A stretch of 64,000 bases of DNA from Laetmonice hystrix (GCA_965235115.1 OZ249436.1:11286001-11350000); one strand, 5' to 3'. Positions 1 to 13,628 are shown, counted from the stretch's first letter. Notes: a model not told the origin generated them from the letters alone. Program-made: numbers and translations.

Positions 1-2023
1 GAATCCTCCAACCTCACCGACTTGTGTTACAGAATCCTCCACTCTCACCGCCTTGTGTTACAGAATCCTCCAACCTCAGCGCTTTGTGTTACAGAATCCT
101 CCAACCTCACCGCCTTGTGTTGCAGAATCCTCCAACCTCGCCGCCTTGTGTTACAGAATCCTCCAACCTCACCACCTTGTGTTACAGAATCCTCCAACCT
201 CACCGCCTTGTGTTATAGAATCCTCCACTTTCATCGACTTGTGTTACAGAATCCCACAACCTCACCGCCTTGTGTTAAAGAATCCTCCACTCTCACCGCC
301 TTGTGTTACAGATTCCTCCACTCTCACCGCCTTGTGTTACAGAATCCTCCACTCTCATCGCCTTGTGTTACAGAATCCTCCAACCTCACCGCCTTGTGTT
401 ACAGAATAATTCAACCTCACCACTTTGTGTTACAGAATCCTCCACTCTCATCGCCTTGTTTTACAGAATCCTCCACTCTCACCGCCTTGTGTTACAGAAT
501 CCTCCAACCTCACCGCCTTGTGTTACAGAATCCTCCGACCTCACCGCCTTGTGTTACAGAATCCTCCACTCTCATCGCCTTGTTTTACAGAATCCTCCGA
601 CCTCACCGCCTTGTGTTACAGAATCCTCCACTCTCACCGCCTTGTGTTACAGAATCCTCCACTCTCATCGCCTTGTGTTACAGAATCCTCCAACCTCACC
701 GCCTTGTGTTACAGAATCCTCCACTCTCACCGCCTTGTGTTACAGAATCCTCCACTCTCACCGCCTTGTGTTACAAAATCCTCCACTCTCATCGCCTTGT
801 GTTACAGAATCCTCCAACCTCACCGCCTTGTGTTACAGAATCCTGCACTCTCATCGACTTGTGTTACAGAATCCTCCAACCTCACCGCCTTGTGTTACAG
901 AATCCTCCACTCTCACCGCCTTGTGTTACAGAATCCTCCACTCTCATCGCCTTGTGTTACAGAATCCTCCAACCTCACCGCCTTGTGTTACAGAATCCTC
1001 CAACTTAACCGCCTTGTGTTACAGAATAATCCAACCTCACCACCTTGTGTTACAGAATCTTCCAACCTAACCGCCTTGTGTTACAGAATCCTCCACTCTC
1101 ACCGCCTTGTGTTACAGAATCCTCCACTCTCACCGCCTTGTGTTACAGAATCCTCCACTCTCACCGCCTTGTGTTACAGAATCTTCCACTCTCACCACCT
1201 TGTGTTACAGAATCTTCCACTCTCACCGACTTGTGTTACAGAATCCTCCACTCTCACCGCCTTGTGTTACAGAATCCTCCGACCTCACCGCCTTGTGTTA
1301 CAGAATCCTCCAACCTCACCGCCTTGTGTTACAGAATCCTCCAACCTCACCGCCTTGTGTTACAGAATCCTGTAACCTTACCGCCTTGTGTTACAGAATC
1401 CTCCACTCTCACCGCCTTGTGTTACAGAATCCTCCGACCTCACCGCCTTGTGTTACATAATCCTCCAACCTCACCGCCTTGTGTTACAGAATCCTCCACT
1501 CTCACCGCCTTGTGTTACAGAATCCTCCGACCTCACCGCCTTGTGTTACAGAATCCTCCAACCTCACCGCCTTGTGTTACAGAATCCTCCACTCTCACCG
1601 CCTTGTGTTACAGAATCTTCCACTCTCACCACCTTGTGTTACAGAATCTTCCAACCTCACCGCCTTGTGTTACAGAATCCTCCAACCTCACCGCCTTGTG
1701 TTACAGAATCCTCCAACCTCACCGCCTTGTGTTACAGAATCCTGTAACCTCACCGCCTTGTGTTACAGAATCCTCCAACCTCACCGCCTTGTGTTACAGA
1801 ATCCTCCAACCTCACCGCCTTGTGTTACATAATCCTCCAACCTCACCGCCTTGTGTTACAGAATCCTCCCCTCTCACCGCCTTGTGTTACAGAATCCTCC
1901 AACCTCACCGCCTTGTGTTACAGAATCCTTCAACCTCACTCACCACCTTGTGTTACACAATCCTGTAACCTCACCGCCTTGTGCTACAGAATCCTCCACT
2001 CTCACCGCCTTGTGTTACAGAAT
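1..2023. repeat. Minisatellite, 31-bp unit (CAGAATCCTCCAACCTCACCGCCTTGTGTTA), about 65 copies, truncated by window start
   Basis: Direct tandem periodicity; main variants CCAACCTC/CCACTCTC; explains all overlapping ORFs in 22-2093. Confidence 0.98.
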
Positions 2024-2903
2024 ATCGAAACACTATAATTTTGGCCACCCGTGGTTCGTAATCAGGATAATGAGGTTCCGTCGAGGCCCGTGAGGGGGGC
2101 TTAGGGAGGGGGTCGGCCCCCAGCGAGCCGCGGGGTAACTCTGACATTTCTTCCCGTAATTAGGCATCATTAAGACGAGAACTGCATTTAGGGCAAATTG
2201 AGCTCATTGAATCAAAATCAAACCTCAGATGTCTTTGTTATTGCTTTCCCACGCGCCATCGTATGATCTGACACACAAGAAGATGGTCTCAGCGGTATCA
2301 CTCCTGATAACACTGAAAGAAGCAAAAGAAAAGTCTCCAAGAAAAACGGTTAAGAACAGATTGATTTTTTTTAAATTTTGCATAGATGTGGGCGATGCCC
2401 TTGCACGAGGAGGAAGAACCTTTATAACCACAAACATTTTCACGAGGACTGCTTCGGTGAACTTTGGTCTAGAAGTCAATGCTACTCGATTTTTGTTTCT
2501 TTCTTTCTTTGTAAGCAATGATTTTAATTTATTTCAATTGAATTCCGGAAAATTTGGTTCGACCCTAAGTTTGTACTGAGACAGCTCGGTTTGCGCCAAC
2601 ATGTACTCTGTACAACACACCGAGCTCTCCCCCGGATATATATCATATAGTTTACACATTTGATGCCTTCAACATCCCATCTCTTAGCTCCATTCCCAGC
2701 ACACGCCCCATCAACAGGTGTCTCGCTCGTCGGATTACAGACATTCGAAAATGTTCGGCAATATCCGGAAGCGTTCGTCGGGCACAAACTAACCTCGGAT
2801 GGCGTTAGCGCCATTTTCGCGCGGAATGATCACGAATTTTGACTATTGAACGAGGAATTGGAAAATGGCGATAGTAAGTGACAGTCATGCATGGGTCGCT
2901 TAG

Positions 2904-3160
2904 CAGGGCCAGATCCAGGATTTTTTTTCAAGGGGGGGGGGGGGGGTTGCAGTCGTCAAGTCCGAAATTATTCTTATTTTATGAAATATATAACGATTAG
3001 GCTACTTATCGCTTTAGATTCTAGATTCACACTGTGGATCCTGGGCTGGAGGACGAACATTTGACACCTTTGTTTCCTTTTCTTTTCTTTTTTCTTTCTT
3101 TTTTTATTTTTTTTGGGGATTTCTAAGGGGGGGTTGCAACCCCCCCTGGATCCGACCCTG
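2904..3160. mobile_element. MITE with CAGGG..GGATCCAG-type terminal inverted repeats
   Basis: Left CAGGGCCAGATCCAG, right CTGGATCCGACCCTG; flanked by 5-bp direct repeat CTTAG (2899-2903, 3161-3165). Confidence 0.75.
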
Positions 3161-4411
3161 CTTAGGACGGCCAGGATGGTCATAAGTTTGCGAGGAGCTC
3201 GGATACAAGGAGTGGTCTTGGAGTCCTCTTGTGGGGAACATCCCACCGGAAGGGATAATGTAAAAAGGTACATGTGGGTGGTACTACTTCACGTGGGGGT
3301 TCGGTTTGCCAGGGCATGTCTTAGTGGCAATTAGCCTATCGGCTGTGACTTGCCCACATGTAATTTGGTAAATCATCTGCATCTTCTCACGCTCTTCTAG
3401 AGCGGTAAAATGTCGGCTAACACATTGAATGGACAGGTAATACATAAGCGGCCTTAAAGGAACAAACACCAAATATTGCATGTAGTAAAATAATGTTTCT
3501 GTACTTTCTTTCTGTTTTCTTTTTGTTTGTAACGGACTGGTCCCCCCCATGCAACCGCAAGACATAGACCTAATAACATATTAGAGCTAGGTTTGCACAT
3601 TGTACTAGATCATGAATCGTTATGTTCTACTCACCGAGGTTTTTTTATGGAGAGGAGAACAAAAAATGTTTGAATAAACTTGGTCTTAGTCGACTAAGAT
3701 CCTTTCATCCTAAAATCTGGCGTCTGAGATAAGTAGGGAAATAACAAGTTTAATAATAAAAAAAATATATAATAAAACAGCTGTAAACTCGCGTTTAATG
3801 AGAAGGACAAAATCCTCCTGGCAAACTCGCGGTGTAGGAGAGATTTGTTGATTATTTTGTCCACCGATCGTCTCCTTTATCGTGTGTGCGCCCGCGAAAT
3901 TATTTTTCGTGACCCTTTGATGCCATGGGACCATTAACCAATCAGAGCAGAGTTGTGACGTCACACTACGCATAACGGAAATAAAACCCCTGACCATAAC
4001 CCTCTGTATTTGTTCATACAGATGTCTAAGTCAGCTATATAAACCTATACATTTGTATTCATTCGAAATTATGTAAACAGATGCGGAGTCGTGCAGGTGG
4101 AGCTGTGGCACTGTCCCATTGTGCCCAAAAGTTTCAGCAAAAAAAAAAAAAAAAAAAAATCGCGTCCCACACGGCCGGAGGAGGTGGGTCACTCATCAGT
4201 CTTTTACATTTATTTATACTTCAACCTCACAATCAGCAGTGACACAAAGCCTTTTCATGTGGAATCGTTAGAGCTCAATTGTACACGCCCGCTGATCACA
4301 ATCAATTTAAAGTTACTGCGTTTTTAAAACCTGTAATATCGACCCCCTGCCATATCAATCAGCTTAGTAAGCCGGTGTCACACGGCACGATACTCTTTCC
4401 GATCCTCCGAC

Positions 4412-5039
4412 TGTAGCAACCACTTTTGTCATTTTTACCACTTTTGTCACAGGTCACCACTTTTGTCGCACACAATGCCCACCTTTGTCACAGGTCACCA
4501 TTTTTGTCCCAAAATAGCCAACTTTTGTCGTTCTCGAGGGCACCACTTTATTCATAATTTTCGGACTGTCATGCACCATGCACTGTGCCCACTTTTGTCA
4601 CACCGAACACTTTTTCCTAATAACCTAGTTTTCGACTGAAAATCCCCCCCCCCCCCCTCCTGTGATATGCCTGGCTACTTGTATGATTCTGGCGTACAAT
4701 GTATGTAGTCTCCCCATGTCTAGATAGTTATTGATGTCTTTGTGTGAAATTTGTGCTTAACGTGCTGCTAATAATGCGTAGGCTCGCAAGTTATAAAATT
4801 TGGCACCGGTAAAAGAAAAGGCCGGAGAAGGCATGTAAATGTATTTTCAACTTTTTCATTTCATTTTGAACAAAAGGGGATCCTCCCAGCCAGGTCTGCT
4901 TCGATGCGCCGTGCATAGTAGTGGTAGTATAGAATGTAAGTCAGAGAGAGATAGAGAGAGAGACGGACAGAGACAGACAGAGGGGAAAGAGAGATAGGGG
5001 AGGGCAATAGAGAGAGAGGGAGAAAGAGAGAGAGAGGGT

Positions 5040-5105
<66 letters not shown>

Positions 5106-5170
5106 GAGAGATATGGGGGAGGGCGAGAGGGAGGGAGAAAGAGAGATATGGGGGAGAGGCAAAGGGATGC

Positions 5171-5233
<63 letters not shown>

Positions 5234-6626
5234 AAAAAAGAAAAAGTGACCTTGGTCTTGGTCGACTAGATTCGTTCATCCTACCGTTCGAAGATGTGGC
5301 GTCTGAGACAACACGTGATAACCCAAGGATAGCCGCCATACGGAACCGTGCCACAGATCGACCCACTGACGGGGAACGGGTTGTATTGCTACATCCCTTT
5401 AGAAGAGTCATGTCGCACTTTTCTCAGGCTTGCACCCTCCCGCCTCCAAGTGGACACTAAGTGACTCATCATACTGTCAGTGTTTGAACCATCAGCACGT
5501 GTTGCCAGACTACGACCGAACGTGGACCCATGCAAGCTCCTTCCGACCCATCAGCCAGTTCATGGGAGACAGACCCGAGTCTATCTAAGCGATACTTTCA
5601 GACGTGACCGTTCACTGTACATTTGACCAGTGGTTTCCTGGCTTTATATAGTGGGGAGGTCAAACTGGACCTCCAGAGTGGTGTCCCACACAACCACATT
5701 GTTTTACTAAGATAAAAACATTTTACAGGCAACAACCAAAGCCCTGGAGGTGTAGATCCCGTCTGTAGCATTAAAAATAGGGGGACCATCCATAGTTTCT
5801 TCCTGCAAGTTGATTTCATTAAAACATATTAATAAAAATGATAAAATCAGGGCACCATGGACAATGAGGCACGTGACACCGACGTTCTGCATACGACAGT
5901 CGTCACCCAACGTCAAGGTCAACATAGTTACAGTCATTTATATACAAATTAGGATCTCACCTCCAAAACCAATTGCCTACATGGCTGTATTTTAGTGTGT
6001 TCTTTACCACAAAGCAATATAAGTGAACACCGACTTAAACATCAGAAGGTTTTACAGGTAGAACATATTTCACATTAATCAAGACACCATTTCCACCGTC
6101 CTGTCTGTCCAAATGAAAACAAGGTGTACAACCAAGCATGTCTGGGGGTGTCATACTGTCTACAGGTAAAACTGTTGACTGTAACTGACTGACTGACGTA
6201 CAGAGTCGCCGGCGTGAGGTGTGACAAACAAACCTGGTCAATGACCACCACCACGTGGTATTTATAGCACAAGACTTTATTAGAGGAGGGCGTATACTGG
6301 CATAGCTTTCACCTACTCTATTTACCACACAGATCTTGATTCATGAAGGAGTAAAAGTTTTAATATCAACTAATGCAATATGTGCCCCCTGACTTCATGG
6401 ATCTGTTTTCCGTAAACCATCTCATTTCTGCCACGCTGTCTTTTTTGGCCTTGACAAGTTTAACAAAACCGGTCAAAAAGTTATGACTAAAGTGATGTCC
6501 TTAAGAACGACAAAAGTGGGCGACGTTGTGACAAAAGTGGTGACCTGTGACAAAAGTGGGCATTTTGTGTGACAAAAGTGGTGACCTGTGACAAAAGTGG
6601 TAAAAATGACAAAAGTGGTTGTTACA
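4412..6626. mobile_element. Non-autonomous DNA transposon copy 1 (TGT..ACA termini, about 125-bp TIRs, Ginger-like)
   Basis: TIR TGTAGCAACCACTTTTGTC.. / ..GACAAAAGTGGTTGTTACA built from CCACTTTTGTC subrepeats; flanks TCCGAC/TCTGAC; near-identical second copy at 12818-14984. Confidence 0.88.
4942..5230. repeat. Compound (GA)n microsatellite inside the TIR element
   Basis: GA/GACA runs; homologous tract at 13337-13621. Confidence 0.95.
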
Positions 6627-7331
6627 TCTGACCGCCCGAGCTTCCGACGATCGGAGGTAAATCGGGTGTCAGGTCGGAGCGTTGTCGGTGAAAAGTCTGA
6701 CACTGTCAGACTTTGCTCGGACTCACGACCATCATTATTACACGACACGACTTTGTGCTCACACGGCCCGATATTTGGTCCGATCCGCTGTTCGGAGCGT
6801 GGGTGTTCAGGGCCATCCACCCATCCATTTCAGTGCACACGAGCACTGTCACGTCTTTTGTCCAGCTCATTCTTTCTCGGCTTTTTAGCTGATTCTGTTG
6901 CATACATCGACTTTCGTCGCCCTTTTCCTCGGAGGCATATTTACAAAGCAAGTATATGATGATCGAATATGGTGGAGCGATACCAGAAGTTGGGGGCATG
7001 GGGTTCTCCAGGACCTGGGACTATTATGGGATTTTTTCGACGTCATTTGCAGCGCCCCTTTCGGAGAGCGGAGGCAAATTCAAACTTCTGCTATAGCTTC
7101 GGTCCGAATCTTAGTCAACAAAGATCATCATACTGCAGTACTGCAGCAACAGTGTGTCTTCACATTATGTCGATAGGTTGCTATGGGTGACAGGTAAGTG
7201 TTTTTATTTTCGAAGTTACGTACTATGTCCCTTTAATATCCTTGATTTTAATTGGGTTGAGACTTCTCATAGATGCCTACAGTAATCTACAGATCAGAAT
7301 ACACTTACAAACTCTTCAGTGTAGGGGAAAA

Positions 7332-7462
7332 GGGTGCTCGTTTCACTAAGACTGTACAAGCTCGTATGGCCTTATAGCTCGTAAAGAAGCAAATACTCGT
7401 ACATTTTGCTATTATGATCTAAACAGAGCTCGTAAAATACAAATGTTTAGTGAAACGGGCCC
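7332..7462. mobile_element. Small MITE, PIF/Harbinger-like
   Basis: GGGTGCTCGTTTCACTAA ... TTAGTGAAACGGGCCCC inverted termini. Confidence 0.55.
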
Positions 7463-7793
7463 CTGGTCACAGAACCTGGAGCATGCAGGGTTGGGAGGCC
7501 CTGCTCACTCAAAAACACCTATCACCTATCAAAACAACCAATCCCCAACATGCCATCTCTATACCGCGACGACTCCCGACCCAACCCAACCCGTACCTGA
7601 CACCTCAATCTAATGTATTCCCCTTTCAGACCCAGCAAGCCCCAACCGGTACCATGGCACTCAACCTTAAACCGCACACTCTGGGAACGAGCCCGGCAGG
7701 GCGGAAGGCAGCATCTCTAGATTTCATAGACATACAAGAACACCTGACCTTTTCACTCCGATCCAATTTCCTTTCTCAGGAGATCTCTCTCTA

Positions 7794-8292
7794 TAACCCT
7801 ACCTTAATGTCTCTAACCCTACCTTCATGTGTCTAACCCTACCTTCATGTCTCTAACCCTACCTTCATGTGCCTAACCTTACCTTGATGTGTATAACCCT
7901 ACCTTCATGTGTCTAGCCCTACCTTCATGTGCCTAACCTTACCTTGATGTGTATAACCCTACCTTAATGTCTCTACCCTGCCTTCATGTGCCTAACCCTG
8001 CCTTCATGTGCCTAACCTTACAGTCATGTGTATAACCCTACCTTCATGTGTCTAACTCTACCTGCATGTGTCGAACCCTACCTGCATGTGTCTAACCCTA
8101 CCTTAATGTCTCTAACCCTACCTTCATGTGTCTAACCCTACCTTCATGTGTCTAACCCTACCTTCATGTGTCTAACCCTACCTTCATGTGTCTAACTCTG
8201 CCTTCATGTGTATAACCCTACCTTCATGTGTCTAACCCTACCTTTATGTCTCTAACCCTACCTTCATGTTTTTAACCCTACCTTAATGTGTC
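7794..8292. repeat. Minisatellite, 20-bp unit (TAACCCTACCTTCATGTGTC), about 25 copies
   Basis: Direct tandem periodicity. Confidence 0.95.
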
Positions 8293-8447
8293 TATTTGTT
8301 TACCTACCCATAAACTGACTCGTTCTTTTTGAAGATGGGGAATAATCCCCCCCCCCCCCCCCCAAAAAAAAAACCATAACCACCACATTTATTAATGTTA
8401 AATGCTTTTATCCTCCGAAACATCATGTTAAAATGTTAGGTTTGACC

Positions 8448-9200
8448 GATGATTGACAGTATAGAAACATCGATTTATAACTGGCCGTCCCGTTACTGTT
8501 CAGAACGGGCGCCATCTGCGACGTGAGGCTCGTAGGGATTGCCTTAAATAAGACCATACCGAAAGTACTACGTCTACGACCCTGTTCCGGCTAGATATGT
8601 CCGAAAATATCAGCTAGATATGTCCGGTAATCTAAATATATCTGCAAATATCAGCTAGATGTGTCCAATAATCTGGATATGTCCGCAAATATCAGCTATA
8701 GAGGGTAGGGTTCACTAGTCCAAGGGTTCAAATATAACTAACCCTGAACCTAAACTTAACTCTAACCCATGGGGGATTGGTCTGTCGCACTATTGGGCTG
8801 TCGAACTAACGATCCCCTGAAGTTAGCTCCCTATGTGCCCCATGTTCCCCTGCCATTGCCTACTGCCAACTTCGGACTAGTGAACCCTCGGACTAGTGGA
8901 CCCTCCCCCCCCCCCCGACTAGTAGGTAGTTCCCCAGCTGGATGTGTCCGGTAATCTGGATATGTCCGCAAATGTCAGCTAGATATGTCCGGTAATCCGG
9001 ATATGTCCGCAAATGTCAGCTAGATGTGTCCGGTACCGGGCACATCTGGCTAACATTTGCGGACATATCCATTTCTTCGGACACATCTAGCTGATGTTTG
9101 CGGACATATCTCCTATCGGACATAACGAGCCGTTCGGACGTATCTAGCTGGAACGGGAACGGCCAGTTATAACTTGATTTGTCTATACTTTCACTCATCA
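8448..9200. mobile_element. Foldback/MITE element with about 50-bp TIRs, internal ~40-bp subrepeats and a nested insertion at about 8700-8925
   Basis: GATGATTGACAGTATAGAAACATCGATTTATAACTGGCCGT matches the reverse complement of 9150-9200; subrepeats TCAGCTAGATATGTCCGGTAATCTGGATATGTCCGCAAAT occur in both orientations; nested piece bounded by GGTTCACTAGTCC/GGACTAGTGAACC. Confidence 0.7.
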
Positions 9201-9499
9201 TCATTCAATCATGAAATTTTAATATACTGTTGCTGAGGATAAAGGGAAACTTTTTTTTAGGAATTCAATATAAATATCTATTTCAGTATCTTGACACGAA
9301 ACTGACATACTATACGGAACCAATCCACACTTACACGTATATTTTCCGCAAACCGTAACTGCAAACCACGTTGCGAAACAACATTCAGAGGCGACTGTCA
9401 CGATTTTAATTAAAAAGGGGTCTGTGTGTCATATGTATTACATATTGTGTCCAACTGCATAGGCCTTATAAACCATGACTTTGCTGGCATTAAAATTAG

Positions 9500-9900
9500 T
9501 TCATCATGTCACAGTTCACAATTTTCAGTTCAGTGTCACAGTTTAGATTTCCTGACCGAGAACCACCAACAAGGCAAACCATTGTAATATCCTGAAGTAT
9601 GAAATCCACCATACCAGCCTCAACCGAAATAAAGGCAGCTCTGGACGCCGAAGGACGGAAAGAAGCCAAGAAAATGTGGCTGAAAATGCATAGCAGAATT
9701 GGTTTTAGCACTGTTTTGAACCCATTCAGGTAAAGACCTCTGGTGCAGTCATGCATGGCGCAATCAGAGCAAACATTTCAAGAGCAGACATTTACATCCC
9801 ACTCTACGTCCCTACAAATTTATAGCCCGAAATCTTTCTTAGTTTTAGTTTTAGGGAACATTTTGGCGATGACACGGTTTTTTTTCTGAAACACCCTGTA
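9500..9900 (+). mobile_element. Decayed Tc1/mariner-type element: N-terminal HTH (DUF4817-like) transposase fragment plus right TIR
   Basis: Frameshifted translation RFPDREPPTRQTI/NILKYEIHHTSLNRNKGSSGRRRTERSQENV; end GAAACACCCTG-TA is the reverse complement of the TA-CAGGGTGTTTC mariner-type terminus. Confidence 0.7.
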
Positions 9901-11876
9901 GAGTGACCCATGATATCTCACACGTCCACATTTACAGAAGGAACGCTACAGATCGAACCATTTGTATATATAAAACAAGCTGCACAACAGTATGGGAAAC
10001 ACGCCATCCCATGTGGTCAGAATCATTCTGCTATTCCAGCTCCTCTCTGAACTGTCAGCCCTTGAGATTGGTCTGAACTTGGGCGATACTGGAGCACGAC
10101 CACCCCTCCTAACAAAGACCAGAGACCGTCCATAAGGCGAGTAGACACCGTTATCGTTGCTGGTGTCCGTCAATACTGTCGACGTATGAACGTACAAAGC
10201 TCTCGAATTCGGGGATAATCGCTAGGAATCAATTCTCTTCTTTAGATGTAGCTCGAGGGGATATAACTCGTATCTGGCTCGACTGGAGGGAGCTGTACTT
10301 CCGTGGCTTTGATATGTGACTTCAGAATATATCACACCATGCTGGGCTCAGCACCCTTTCCCACGGTATTTTATGTACATCAGTCTATTGGAGTTATAAT
10401 GTAACTCATAGCCTATACCCGAAATGACGTTCTGCGGGCTATGCATGTAGCTTCCTCGTGAATGCATTCAAGGAATCTCACTAATCAAGGATCATGAGAT
10501 TCGTTCTATACCAGATGCCATATGTCCTAGCTTTAATAGCACCGAGACAGGCATGCCTGACCTCTGAGGTCAACTGGTCACGCTCCTCCGTGGTCTAGTG
10601 AGCACAGCTACCCCATTGGTGCCACCTACAGCCTTGGACCGTGGGTGGCTGATTTTAAAATTTCCCCCTCTGTTGCGGATTCTGTCCATGAATGAACAAA
10701 CAAATCAACCTTGCTTATTATAAATGTTACACACAACATGACAAATTAATTGACATTTCTTATCGATAGGAAAGGGCTTTTTGAAAATACCGTTCGAAAC
10801 TCCTTGAAAAGTCTGATCTCATTATCTTTACACCGGCACGAATGCTGAAATACGGTACCATATTTACACAGTCAGCCATGAAGTTCGTTTCCCAATTTAA
10901 TCAATTTTCAATTAAACTGAGAAAGCTTATGTGACGTCTCAATGAAGCTGTCAAAGAAAATCTGGTATTCCAAACGAGGGAGACGGTGGCAGAAGCTCTG
11001 TGCTGTGTGGTCTCTCGATCCTTCCCTGTTCGTTTGAACTTTGAAAATATAGCCGACCGGATCAGCGGAAACCGACGCCATGTGCTTAGTGTTGTAAAGA
11101 CCACTCTGGCGTGAACAAAGGTGACCTCGTATACTGCATCAGGACTTGGGTAAGGTCCATTATACATCTTAGGACAGACTTTGCACAGTGGCAACCTTGT
11201 GTCTGAATCAATTGGTGGGAATGCTGAATTTGGTAAATTATGCCCTCCTTTTCCACGGAGGATTTACGGTCGCTTTTCAGCTTGTATTCCCTGGAGGCAT
11301 GGCGCCAATGAGAGAATTCACTTACGGGAAAAGGTTGTAAGCTGCCGCGTGTATTCGTTTTTCCTGTGGCTTTCAGGCAAACCTACGCCGGTATTTTTCA
11401 CTAAACTTCTGGGTATTAGTTCCCGCGCCTGCAAGGACAACCCCCTCTAAACCTTCTTCATCATCTGTGCCAGTGAAACAAAGTGTGTCAGTGTAGCCGT
11501 AATCTACCCCAAGTCGACCACAACCTTCCTCGGTTTGACGTTTTTTACCTACTATTTCGTGGCGTACCGCACATTGCTCCAGGGGAACACACTGCGTCAA
11601 ACACCACACCCATGGTGTTCATCCACAGTCGGGTGGGCTTTCCTGATTGTATTGTCCCTAGGCGTGGAATTGCCAAAAATCTTCTAATTCATGCGTATTC
11701 GTGTGATTTGGCGCGTAACACGTCTCATAACATTCATTACGGAATAATGATTAACTCTGAATGAATCTAGTATTTTTAGGTTTTACAAATGAAGGGCGGA
11801 AATTAAAGGGGAGGTAAAATTGGCGAAAACATTCTAAAATCTAAAAACAAATTGCTGTGATACTTGGGGTCCTTAA

Positions 11877-12172
11877 AGTTACATATAACTCCTCAGATAC
11901 TTACCTATGAACACCAGGGATATCATGTTAAAATTTCAGGCTTAAGCAATAAGCGGAAGCGGAATGGAAAAATATGTCTTCGTTGGCTTCCACGCCGATT
12001 CCGCTGCCACATTCCGTGATCTATAAATAGATTACTGCTAGTTCCCACGTTAATTCGGGGCCCTGACATAACTCTATTTTAAAAATACTTTCGCTTATCG
12101 CTCAAAACTGAAATTTTAATATTGTGTCCCTGGGGTTCAAAGGTAAATATTTGAGGAATTTTTTGCGCCACT
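11877..12172. mobile_element. TTAA-flanked MITE (Kolobok-like), about 85-bp imperfect TIRs
   Basis: TTAA|AG ... CT|TTAA; 11877-11960 pairs with the reverse complement of 12088-12172. Confidence 0.7.
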
Positions 12173-12195
12173 TTAACTATAGAATTCTGCAAATA

Positions 12196-12441
12196 ATTGA
12201 GTGTACAAGATTATACCACACAATCACCTGCAATTTAAGTGTGATGAATTAAGTATTGTGAATGACTGTAATATGTAAACATTGAGTGTACAAGATTATA
12301 CCACACAATCACCTGCAATTTAAGTATGATGAATCTAGTAGCGTGAATGACTGTAATCTGTAAACATTGACTGTACAAAATTATACCACACAATCACCTG
12401 CAATTTAAGTGTGATGAATCTAGTATCGTGAATGACTGTAA
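12196..12441. repeat. 85-bp tandem repeat, about 3 copies
   Basis: ATTGA(G/C)TGTACAA.. recurs at 12196, 12281, 12366. Confidence 0.92.
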
Positions 12442-12817
12442 GGACTCAGCTTCAGCTTCACATCCTTTTCCTCATCGTTCCATAGCATTTCTATGTAGGC
12501 CTAAACTACTTTGATATATACACTGTCACTTGATGATGGAATAACCCAATCAATCAATCAATCAATCAAACAATCAATCAAACAACAACAGTATCAACTA
12601 TAGGTGGGGACGGGCGAGCAATCTGGAAGACGGCGTCTGGCCAATTTCAAATACATAGCCTTTTACCATGATGATTATGTCGTTATCTCCTGTCGTTACA
12701 TCTCAGTTTGGTAAATCCTATGAAACATGAAAGTCGCCAAATCTTTTGAATCGATTGAATCCGGAATGAAGACCCCAAGATTCGTAGCTGGCTCTGACTT
12801 CACTGTTTTCACACATA

Positions 12818-13347
12818 TGTAGCAACCACTTTTGTCATTTTTACCACTTTTGTCACAGGTCACCACTTTTGTCGCACACAATGCCCACCTTTGTCACAGG
12901 TCACCACTTTTATCTCACTTTTGTCGTTCTCGAGGGCACCACTTTATTCATAATTTTTGGACTGTCATGCACCATGCACTGTTTTGTCACACCGAACATT
13001 TCTCCCTAATAACCTAGTTTTCGACTGAAAAATCTCCTCCCCCTCCTCCTGTGATATACCTGACTACTTGTATGATTCTGGCGTACAATGTATGTAGTCT
13101 CCCAATGGAGGGATAGTTATTGATGTCTTTGTGTGAAATGTGTGCTTAACGTGCTGCTAATAATGCGTAGGCTCGCAAGTTATAAAATTTGGCACCGGTA
13201 AAAGAAAAGGCCGGAGAAGGCGTGTAAATGTGTTTTCAACTTTTTCATTTCATTTTGAACAAAAGGGGATCCTCCCAGCCAGGTCTGCTTCGGTGCGCCG
13301 TGCATAGTAGTGGTAGTAGGCCTATAGAATGTAAGTGAGAGAGAGAT

Positions 13348-13382
<35 letters not shown>

Positions 13383-13544
13383 GACAGACAGAGACAGACA
13401 GAGGGGAAAGAGAGATGGGGAGGGCAATAGAGAGAGAGGAAGAAAGAGAGAGACAGAGGGTGAGAGAGAGGGGGGAAAGGAGAGATATGGGGGAGGGCGA
13501 GAGGGAGAAAGAGAGATATGGGGGAGAGGCAGAGGGATGCAGAG

Positions 13545-13628
<84 letters not shown>

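Noticed and set aside
22..2093. Long overlapping ORFs up to 328 aa
   Set aside because: Artefacts of a nearly stop-free 31-bp repeat read in all frames
4941..5460. ER/SL-rich ORFs (also 13245-13845)
   Set aside because: (GA)n microsatellite translation within a transposon
7794..8292. Telomeric repeat
   Set aside because: TAACCC is embedded in a 20-bp unit, not a (TTAGGG)n run
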